Assembly (NCBI GenBank): GCA_045653805.1
Contig: JAZOMF010000075.1
Span: 123,200-187,199, forward strand
Direction: 5' to 3'
DNA: 64,000 nucleotides
Source: Eubacteriales bacterium
GTDB taxonomy: Bacteria; Bacillota; Clostridia; Oscillospirales; CAG-272
Made by a program: the position numbers and the translations under genes
Part shown: in pieces, positions 57,307 through 64,000 of the stretch
Layout of the letters: the number at the start of each line of letters is the position of its first letter
How positions within the stretch are numbered: the first letter of the stretch is position 1
Notes under the pieces: model-generated
What the model was told of the DNA's origin: nothing
What the model saw: only the letters and a program-made list of their open reading frames with translations
Databases searched by the model: none

Positions 57307-57951
57307 TTAAGAAATGATATTGTTTTCTATTAGTGCATCACGAAAATTATCAGAAAGCTGATAGGCATAATTGAAATCCATATTGTGGATAAAGACATAG
57401 TAAATTTCGTCTTTTACCCAAATCTCCGCATTGATGTATAAAGAATTATGCTTTTGGGAACGCAAGCGTATTTCTTTATATTTACTATGTGAACCTTCGG
57501 CTTGTATAGTGTTTTGGGTAAAAATTTCAGAAAACTCAAATGCTATCGTTGTTCCCTCAACAATAAAAATCTCATTTTTATAGTCAAAGGTTTCTTTGAA
57601 AAAAAACACTTCTTCTTGGGGAGGAAAGATATAATCGGGAGACTCGGTTGTGTAAGAATAATAATACTGAGCGATATTAAAAGGAAAACAATAATACCAT
57701 CCCAGATCATGCCAATCTTCTTTATCGATATCTATGTGAAACATGCCGTATTTTTCACAAGAATAATATTTTTCATTTTGGTATTCCAAATAGTATACTT
57801 CCTGTTCCTCATCATAGCGGTAGTCTACATTTCGATATATATCAGTATCAAGATCGAACATTCCGGCAACCATATAATGAACATGATTACAGGATGAAAA
57901 TGACATTATAACAATTAAAAGTAATGATATCGCAATAATTCGTTTACACAT
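57307..57951 (-). CDS. Lipoprotein of unknown function (Tyr/Asp/Glu-rich)
   Basis: RBS GGAGGA. Signal MCKRIIAISLLLIVIMSFSSC. Confidence 0.6.
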   Translation of the reverse strand: MCKRIIAISLLLIVIMSFSSCNHVHYMVAGMFDLDTDIYRNVDYRYDEEQEVYYLEYQNEKYYSCEKYGMFHIDIDKEDWHDLGWYYCFPFNIAQYYYSYTTESPDYIFPPQEEVFFFKETFDYKNEIFIVEGTTIAFEFSEIFTQNTIQAEGSHSKYKEIRLRSQKHNSLYINAEIWVKDEIYYVFIHNMDFNYAYQLSDNFRDALIENNIIS

Positions 57952-57980
57952 AAGTCCTCCAAAACATTAATAAATATTTT

Positions 57981-58538
57981 TTAATCGGTATATAGCCATC
58001 TCACATATTGATAAGTCAACACTTCACCGGTTGCTTCATCCACTACAGTATATTCCATACCAACATATTCGTCTGGAACGCCGTCTATCGATTGTAAAAC
58101 AGCAATTTTTTGTAAAATTGTTTTAGCTTGTGTTCGAATTGATTGGTATTCTTCTCCATTGGGATCGGTGCCGTGTGGTATATATACTGTTAATTCTTTA
58201 AAATCAGATGAAATAGAGAAGGGCTCTTTGTCAGGATATTCCGAAAATCCTGATAACCATTCGGTTTTTTTCCACGCTTGAGCTTGATATCGTGTTATTC
58301 TCAAAGTCAATACTCCACTTTCATCTATAGAAGCTCTTTTTCTTAAATCGCCCGTTTCATCGTAAAATTCAAAATATGTATCCATAAATTCCTCGGGAGA
58401 AACTCCAAATAAGTACATACAGTGTTTAGGGGGCAAGTACAACTCAAAGTAAGTATCAATAAATATATAATTTACACAAAGAGCAGATATACAGATCACC
58501 ACTATGATAATCATTGCAATAATTTTTCTCTTGTTCAT
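57981..58538 (-). CDS. Signal-anchored protein of unknown function
   Basis: MNKRKIIAMIIIVVICISALCV..., RBS AAAGGG. It is the first gene behind the repeat copy 2 promoter. Confidence 0.6.
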   Translation of the reverse strand: MNKRKIIAMIIIVVICISALCVNYIFIDTYFELYLPPKHCMYLFGVSPEEFMDTYFEFYDETGDLRKRASIDESGVLTLRITRYQAQAWKKTEWLSGFSEYPDKEPFSISSDFKELTVYIPHGTDPNGEEYQSIRTQAKTILQKIAVLQSIDGVPDEYVGMEYTVVDEATGEVLTYQYVRWLYTD

Positions 58539-58629
58539 AGCAAACCCTTTCTATAGATGAAGTTGAATTACAGATAATAGATACCCCGTATAAATTTTTG
58601 AAGAACTATTCCCATATGTTGGCTTGTAT

Positions 58630-58658
58630 ATTATATCATACATTACATTGAATGTCAA
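58630..58658 (-). promoter_or_regulatory. Exact consensus sigma-A promoter inside repeat copy 2
   Basis: Minus strand reads TTGACA, 17 nt spacer, TATAAT, about 85 nt upstream of the ATG at 58538. Confidence 0.7.
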
Positions 58659-58749
58659 TACATCTACCGTTAATGACTATTTATCCAAACAAAAAATTAG
58701 CCCGCCGAAAATTTTCGAAGACAAGGCGCACCGAAGAAAGCAGGGTGCA

Positions 58750-58797
58750 GACGAGGCTGAGGAACAGCTCAGACGAATTTTTGAAGAATTTGAATAA
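58750..58797 (+). repeat. Helicase 3'-end module, copy C (tail codons only)
   Basis: Encodes ...ADEAEEQLRRIFEEFE and a stop. It is followed by a different hairpin from copies A and B. Confidence 0.85.
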
Positions 58798-58800
58798 CAC

Positions 58801-58837
58801 AAAACCGCTGTTGCGCCTAAGCGCAACACCGGTTTTT
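58801..58837. terminator. Bidirectional intrinsic terminator (right edge of the island / downstream of rny)
   Basis: AAAACCGCTGTTGCGC-CTAA-GCGCAACACCGGTTTT (one mismatch), flanked by A and T runs. Confidence 0.75.
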
Positions 58838-58971
58838 ATCAAATATTTTATCCGGCTGTGCCGTGGTAATAAGCCTCTGTGTTCTATGTTAAATATATGT
58901 GAATCCTTAACTGTAACTAAGGAACAAAGATTACAGAATTTTCTGTATATTTGACTTTTGCTCGTGGCAAA

Positions 58972-60525
58972 TTACTTCGCGTAGTCTACTGCGCGACTCT
59001 CACGAATGAGATTGATCTTGATCTGACCGGGATACTTAACTTCAGCCTGGATCTTCGCCGCCATCTCGCGTGCGATAACCTTCATGCCTGCGTCGTTAAC
59101 CTCCTCGGGCTTGACCATAACTCTGATCTCGCGTCCTGCCTGAATTGCAAATGCCTTGTCAATTCCGTCAAAGCTCTTTGCGATCTCCTCAAGCTTTTCA
59201 AGACGCTTGATGTAGTTTTCCATATCCTCGCGGCGCGCTCCGGGTCTTGCGGCGCTGATAGCGTCGGCAGCCTGAACGAGAACTGCGATGATGGTCTTGG
59301 GTTCAACGTCGTTGTGGTGCGCTTCGATAGCATGGACAACCTCGCGGCTTTCCTTATACTTCTTAACAGCGTTTACACCGATCTCAACGTGAGATCCTTC
59401 AACGTCGTGGGGGAATGCCTTACCGATATCGTGGGGCAGACCTGCGCGCTTTGCAAGGTTGGAGTCAACTCCAAGCTCGTCTGCCATAATACCTGCAAGG
59501 AATGCAACCTCAATAGAGTGCTTAAGTACGTTCTGACCGTAACTGGTTCTGTACTTGAGTCTACCGAGCAATCGAACAAGCTCGGGATTAATGCCGTGGA
59601 TTCCGACCTCAAAGGTAGCTCTCTCTCCCGCCTGCTTGACGGAAATATCAACTTCCTTCTGTGCTTTCTCTACCATCTCCTCAATTCTTGCGGGATGGAT
59701 TCGTCCGTCGGAGATAAGTCTCTCAAGAGCAATTCTCGCAACCTCTCGTCTAACGGGATCAAATCCCGACAGAGTGATGGTTTCGGGAGTATCGTCGATA
59801 ATAAGCTCGACACCCGTAAGTGTTTCGATCTTCTGGATGTTACGACCCTCACGACCGATAATTCTACCCTTCATTTCCTCGCTGGGCAGTGCCACGCTGG
59901 AAACGGTAGCCTCAGATACGTGATCGGACGCATATCTTTGAATGGCAAGCGACAAAATGTTCTTTGCCTTGTCGTCTGCTTCTTCCTTGAACTGTGTTTC
60001 AAGCTCGTCAAGTCTTTGTGCAAGCTCGTGCTTAACCTCGCTCTCTACGCGCTCGATAAGCTCTTCCTTAGCTCTTTCGCAGGAATATCCGGAGATCTCC
60101 TCCAGCTTTTTAAGCTGACCTTCGATTATCTCGCCTTCTTTTTGCTGAAGGGCCTCATAATCCTTGATCTTCTTATCGAGAATTTCGTTCTTCCTTTCAA
60201 GAGCCTCACTCTTTTTATCAAGTGTTTCCTCTTTCTTAGTCAAGCGGTTCTCGGTGCGAACGATCTCATTTCTTCTTTCCTTGATCTCTCGGTCAAGCTC
60301 ATTTCTCTGAGCCATAATGGTTTCCTTAGCCTCGATCAGAGATTCCTTCTTTGCGGATTCTGCACTTTTCTTAGCTTCTGCAACGATCTTTGCAGCCTCA
60401 GCCTCAGCAGAGCCTATCTTCGCTTCACCGATCTTCTTTCTGATGAGAAATCCGATAAGAAATCCGAGAGCAATACCGACAGCGGCACAACCTATGCCGA
60501 TCAGTATTACAAATTCTATTGGCAT
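58972..60525 (-). CDS. rny: Ribonuclease Y
   Basis: N-terminal TM helix, coiled coil, KH block [11 protein letters not shown] and an HD domain (HSIEVA...LPHDIGK...EAHH). Confidence 0.95.
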   Translation of the reverse strand: MPIEFVILIGIGCAAVGIALGFLIGFLIRKKIGEAKIGSAEAEAAKIVAEAKKSAESAKKESLIEAKETIMAQRNELDREIKERRNEIVRTENRLTKKEETLDKKSEALERKNEILDKKIKDYEALQQKEGEIIEGQLKKLEEISGYSCERAKEELIERVESEVKHELAQRLDELETQFKEEADDKAKNILSLAIQRYASDHVSEATVSSVALPSEEMKGRIIGREGRNIQKIETLTGVELIIDDTPETITLSGFDPVRREVARIALERLISDGRIHPARIEEMVEKAQKEVDISVKQAGERATFEVGIHGINPELVRLLGRLKYRTSYGQNVLKHSIEVAFLAGIMADELGVDSNLAKRAGLPHDIGKAFPHDVEGSHVEIGVNAVKKYKESREVVHAIEAHHNDVEPKTIIAVLVQAADAISAARPGARREDMENYIKRLEKLEEIAKSFDGIDKAFAIQAGREIRVMVKPEEVNDAGMKVIAREMAAKIQAEVKYPGQIKINLIRESRAVDYAK

Positions 60526-60645
60526 TTCCTTTACACCTCCTTTTTCTTTCTTGTCTTTTTGTTCTGTTTAATCAGGTATATTAAAACGTTTTTGCCAAAT
60601 CGGGCAATCCGTAAAATATCAATATATACCTTATTTTATTATATA

Positions 60646-60698
60646 TAAAAAAATGTGTTTTGTCAATAGCATTTTACAATACTACTGACAAAACACAT
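60646..60698 (-). terminator. Intrinsic terminator downstream of pmbA
   Basis: 13-bp perfect stem ATGTGTTTTGTCA / TGACAAAACACAT with a 20-nt loop. A T-run follows on the minus strand. Confidence 0.65.
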
Positions 60699-60744
60699 AA
60701 AAATTCAAAAAATATTCACAGAAAAGTGAAATTTGAAATTTTAA

Positions 60745-62073
60745 TTATTTTCCTGCAACACTCATTCCCTTTACAAGCACGTCAGGAGATCCAAACACCA
60801 CGAATCCGCCGGGAATTCCCCACTTCACCTCGTTGCCGAGAGAATCAATATCCTTGAGCATCTGGAAGAAGTTTCCTGCGATTACAAAGGACTTGATAGG
60901 ACCTGCCTTCTTGCCGTCCTTTATAAGGAATCCAACACTCTCTACTGAGAAATCACCGGTAATAGCGTTAGCACCTGCATGGAGACCCTTGACACCGGTT
61001 ACGTAGATACCGTTACCGATCTTCGCAAAAAGCTCTTCCTGACTTTCGGTGCCTGCGCAGATACCAAAGTTATATGGAGCGATGTTTCCGCCGCGGCGAC
61101 CGTTACCTGTAGTGGTCTTGCCGGTCTTATAAGCGGTAGTAAGGTCATAGAGCAAGGTACACAGAACACCGTTCTCAACTACAGTCTTTTTATAGGTAGC
61201 AACACCCTCGTCGTCAAAGGGAGTCTGCACAGGGCACCCCTCTCTCATAGGATCGTCGGTGATGGTAACTATATCAGCAGCGATCTTCTCGCCTTCCTTA
61301 CCTGCAAGACGGGACATACCTAAAAGCGCGTTCTTTGCGGAGAAAGCCGAGGAGAATGCGGACAAAAGCGAGCGCATCTGTGTGCCGTCGATAACTATGT
61401 CATATTTACCACTGGGAATTTCGGTAGCACCTATCATTTCAAGCGCACCCTGAACTGCCTTTGCGGGAAGATTTTTTGCATCCTCGCTGTAAATATTTTC
61501 AGCAAACTCAAAGTTGTTTCTGGACTCACCGTCCTTGCTTACTACTGCCTCAACATAGCAGCCGGACATACCAACTCTGTTGGAAAGCTCAAGGCCGTGT
61601 GAGTTGTAGAGATAGATCTCGTTTCTGAAGGACATCGCAACGGACTGAGTACCGTCAACAACGGACGTGTCTGCGGCGTAGGTTGCCTTTTGAATTTCAA
61701 GCGCCTTGTTTTTAAGCTCGCCTGCATCTACTACTACGGGTTCGGGAGCGGTGGTCTTGGCATAGGACTCGGAGCCCTTGAAAATGAAGACTACGTCATC
61801 GTTTTCAATCGCGCCTGCGTTTTCCTTTGCACGAACAACCAGGTCTGCAAGCTCGTCCTCGTTGAAATAGCTGCTGGAGGCGTAGCCCATGTGACCGTCT
61901 ACGAGGCAACGGAAATATACCTTTGCGCTCTCACCCGAGGAAAATGCGCTTACCTCATCCTTGAGGGTCTCTGCGCTGATGTCCTCACCCTTGGTAAAAT
62001 AGATCTCGTACTCCAAAACGTCAAACTTCTTACAAGCGGCGGAGATTATTTCTTTAATTTCGGTAAAATTCAT
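60745..62073 (-). CDS. pmbA: TldD/PmbA-family metalloprotease subunit (PmbA-like)
   Basis: 442 aa immediately downstream of the tldD-like gene, with a 1-nt gap. C-terminal Gly-rich block typical of the family. Confidence 0.8.
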   Translation of the reverse strand: MNFTEIKEIISAACKKFDVLEYEIYFTKGEDISAETLKDEVSAFSSGESAKVYFRCLVDGHMGYASSSYFNEDELADLVVRAKENAGAIENDDVVFIFKGSESYAKTTAPEPVVVDAGELKNKALEIQKATYAADTSVVDGTQSVAMSFRNEIYLYNSHGLELSNRVGMSGCYVEAVVSKDGESRNNFEFAENIYSEDAKNLPAKAVQGALEMIGATEIPSGKYDIVIDGTQMRSLLSAFSSAFSAKNALLGMSRLAGKEGEKIAADIVTITDDPMREGCPVQTPFDDEGVATYKKTVVENGVLCTLLYDLTTAYKTGKTTTGNGRRGGNIAPYNFGICAGTESQEELFAKIGNGIYVTGVKGLHAGANAITGDFSVESVGFLIKDGKKAGPIKSFVIAGNFFQMLKDIDSLGNEVKWGIPGGFVVFGSPDVLVKGMSVAGK

Positions 62074-62074
62074 A

Positions 62075-63460
62075 TCAGCGACCTCCTACTGTGATTTTAG
62101 AAACTCGGATAAGGGGCTGACCTACGTCGGTAGGAACGCTACCACTGGAAGAGCCGCACATACCCTGAGCGGTGTCAAGATTCTGACCTACCATGTCGAT
62201 GTCCATAAGGATCTGGGAGCCTGTTCCAACGAGGGATGCGCCTCTTACGGGCTCGCAAATAACACCGTTGCGAACGATATAACCTTCGCTTACGCCGAAG
62301 TTAAATTCACCTGTCAAGGGATTTACCGAGCCGCCGCCCATGCTCTTTGCATAAAGACCGTACTCGATAGACTTGATAATATCCTCGTTCTTGTCCTCAC
62401 CGTTTGCGATAAAGGTGTTAGTCATACGGGAGGTGGGCTCGTACATAAAGCTCTCACGGCGACCGTTACCCGTCATAGCCATACCCATTCTGCGAGAGCC
62501 GAGACGGTCGATCATATAACTCTTGAGAATACCGTTTTCGATAAGAACGTTTCTCTGTGTGGGAGTTCCCTCGTCATCGATGTTGACAGAGCCCCATGCA
62601 CCGGGGATAGTACCGTCATCAATAGCTGTAACCTTCACGTTGGCGATCTGCTGACCCAGCTTGCCGCACATCTGGCTGGTACCGGTACCTACGCTGGTCG
62701 CCTCAAGAGAGTGACCGCAAGCCTCGTGGAAGATAACTCCGCCGAAGCCGTTTTCAATAGCAACGGTCATCTGTCCTGCGGGACAGTAGTCTGCGCGGAG
62801 GTTTACAAGCGCCTGATCAGCCGCCTTGATACCTACGCTCTTGGGGTCCAGAAAATCAAACATTTCAAGACCCATTCCGCGTCCGGGAGATGCGCTTCCG
62901 GACTGATTGTCGCTTCCATCTGCCGAAAGAGCAACTGCGCTTACTGCAATTCTGGTTCTTACATGCCTGTCGGAGGTGTAGAGTCCTTCGCTGTTAGCGA
63001 TAAGGATAGTATGATCGACCGATGCAAGATTACCCATAACCTGCTTGATCTTTTCGTCTCTTTCCTGAGCCGCAAAGCAAGCAGTTTTAAGGATGTCGGT
63101 TCTCGTTGCGAGAGCAGCGCTTCCGGGAAGTATCTTTACGGGGTGGATATTGGGGAAAATTCGCTCGGTAAGGTTAATGCTAAGTTGCGCCTTGCTCTCT
63201 CCAAGTGCATCGGCAACTGCCTTTGCACAACGAATAAGACCTGATCTTGAAATATCAGTAGTGGTAGCGTATACGGTTCTTGTGCCGATAAAAGCACGGA
63301 TACCAACGCCCGATACCATATCGTCATTTACGGTATCGATCTTTCCGTTGAGGAAACGGATGCCGTTGTTTCTTGTCTTCTCTGCATAGACCTCTGCGAA
63401 GTCTGCGCCTGTTGACATAGCGGCGGCAATAACGTCCTCAAGCAAAATTCTTGAAATCAT
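62075..63460 (-). CDS. tldD: TldD-family metalloprotease subunit
   Basis: HEACGHSLE metal-binding motif. 461 aa. Confidence 0.85.
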   Translation of the reverse strand: MISRILLEDVIAAAMSTGADFAEVYAEKTRNNGIRFLNGKIDTVNDDMVSGVGIRAFIGTRTVYATTTDISRSGLIRCAKAVADALGESKAQLSINLTERIFPNIHPVKILPGSAALATRTDILKTACFAAQERDEKIKQVMGNLASVDHTILIANSEGLYTSDRHVRTRIAVSAVALSADGSDNQSGSASPGRGMGLEMFDFLDPKSVGIKAADQALVNLRADYCPAGQMTVAIENGFGGVIFHEACGHSLEATSVGTGTSQMCGKLGQQIANVKVTAIDDGTIPGAWGSVNIDDEGTPTQRNVLIENGILKSYMIDRLGSRRMGMAMTGNGRRESFMYEPTSRMTNTFIANGEDKNEDIIKSIEYGLYAKSMGGGSVNPLTGEFNFGVSEGYIVRNGVICEPVRGASLVGTGSQILMDIDMVGQNLDTAQGMCGSSSGSVPTDVGQPLIRVSKITVGGR

Positions 63461-63484
63461 TTTGTTTCTTCCTTTCTATGTGGT

Positions 63485-64000
63485 TTATTTTATTCCGTTT
63501 TCACTCTTTATAAGGTCGATGACCTCAAAAAGGCTATGATATATGGCAAAGCACAATGGCTCTGCTTCATCACTTGGCAGACCGGAGTCGATGACCATGA
63601 CGGGTCTCATACCCGCTCTATGTCCTCCGATCATATCAACAGAGGCGTCACCAACTACGACCGTCTCGGTGGGGTCTGCACCGATAAGTCTACCCGCCTC
63701 AAGAAAAATGTCGGGAGCAGGCTTGCCGTTGGACACCATATCTCCGGTAACCAGCGCGTCGTATTTATCCGTGAGACCAAGGTTTGTAAGATTTTTCAAA
63801 GCTCTCGCCTTGGTGGTTGAGGTGGCAATTGCTATCTTGATTCCCTGCGCTCGAAGAAAATCAAGGATCTCAAGGCATCCCTCTTTAAGCGGTATTCCTT
63901 CCTCCATCATTTTCCAAACCATTTGAAGTCTTTCTTCCATAAATACCTCTGCATTGATGCCCTCATAGGTCTCACGCAAAAAATCTATGGCTTTTGTAAT
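63485..64000 (-). CDS. HAD-superfamily hydrolase (beta-phosphoglucomutase-like), N-terminus beyond the right edge
   Basis: Motifs ATSTTK and VVGDASVDMIGGHRAGM. The frame stays open to the window edge and the DxD motif is not yet reached. Confidence 0.7.
   Translation of the reverse strand: MTKAIDFLRETYEGINAEVFMEERLQMVWKMMEEGIPLKEGCLEILDFLRAQGIKIAIATSTTKARALKNLTNLGLTDKYDALVTGDMVSNGKPAPDIFLEAGRLIGADPTETVVVGDASVDMIGGHRAGMRPVMVIDSGLPSDEAEPLCFAIYHSLFEVIDLIKSENGIK

Larger units (their letters stand above)
58494..58797. repeat. ~305-bp direct repeat, copy 2
   Basis: See copy 1. It includes the start of the 57981-58538 gene, its leader, its promoter and helicase-tail copy C. Confidence 0.9.

Noticed and set aside
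53908-58800. The idea that the tail-bounded segments are classical integrative elements (attL/attR).
   Set aside because: No integrase, excisionase or transposase ORF exists in or next to the segments, and the repeat copies are diverged rather than identical. I kept only the more general reading of displaced 3' ends and recombination.
58652-58954. A 100-aa plus-strand ORF inside repeat copy 2, and its 48-codon counterpart at 57081-57227 in copy 1.
   Set aside because: The ATG lies within the minus-strand -35 box and there is no RBS. The two copies differ by frameshifting indels (A6 versus A7 run), so the reading frame is not conserved. I interpret the sequence as a decayed helicase C-terminal remnant, not as a gene.
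58951-60648. A 565-aa plus-strand ORF opposite rny.
   Set aside because: It is a codon-aligned shadow of rny (58972-58951 = 21). It is Leu/Ser/Cys-rich, and rny is unambiguous on the other strand. The same reasoning applies to 5447-6508 (dnaE), 13814-14608 (prfA/tsaC), 31293-31868 (rpiB), 32405-33268 (ispD/F), 33325-34020 (rpe), 38295-38873 (murA), 44256-45611 (ABC) and 50681-51406 (ATPase).
1-64000. A scan for rRNA, tRNA, CRISPR arrays, IS elements and prophage genes.
   Set aside because: No intergenic region has tRNA-like GC-rich cloverleaf arms or a regularly spaced short-repeat array. No ORF shows transposase, integrase, capsid or terminase motifs. The only repeats found are those in the 53.9-58.8 kb region.

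Overview
This 64-kb chromosomal window reads like a spore-forming, low/mid-GC Clostridia-class Firmicute. Supporting genes are spoIVA, dpaA/dpaB, whiA and an SLH-domain wall protein, with GGAGG-type RBSs and sigma-A promoters. All calls come from motif recognition on the supplied ORF translations and from reading the DNA; no database search was run.

Roughly 50 kb is ordinary housekeeping: the htpG 3' end, a phosphohexomutase, dnaE, whiA, murB, coaE, an M18 aminopeptidase, prfA, tsaC, a GyrA/ParC-type subunit, ldh, prs, a rhamnulokinase-like FGGY kinase, hslO, tsaE/tsaB, rpiB, ispD/ispF, rpe, murA, radA, rny, pmbA/tldD and HAD hydrolases.

Stand-out content:
- (1) An accessory island of about 10.8 kb sits between radA and rny (about 48.1-58.9 kb). 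Its left half is a three-gene operon behind an exact consensus promoter: a TerB-N/TerB-C protein, a DUF2791/BrxD-like P-loop ATPase and an Lhr/BrxHI-like SF2 helicase. This is the architecture I recall as the Shango (SngABC) anti-phage system.
- Its right half is a visibly AT-richer array of six small membrane or lipoprotein genes on the opposite strand. The array is punctuated by three diverged copies of the helicase 3' end, two ~305-bp direct repeats that each carry an exact consensus promoter, a truncated gene remnant and an RHS/YD-repeat fragment. No recombinase is present.
- (2) An ABC half-transporter / DUF1854 / ABC half-transporter operon in which both transporters carry ~185-195-aa N-terminal cytoplasmic extensions with CxxC...CxxC zinc ribbons.
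- (3) A probable cobalamin riboswitch in front of a DUF4430 lipoprotein and an ECF-type S component.

No rRNA, tRNA, CRISPR array, transposase or integrase was recognised.
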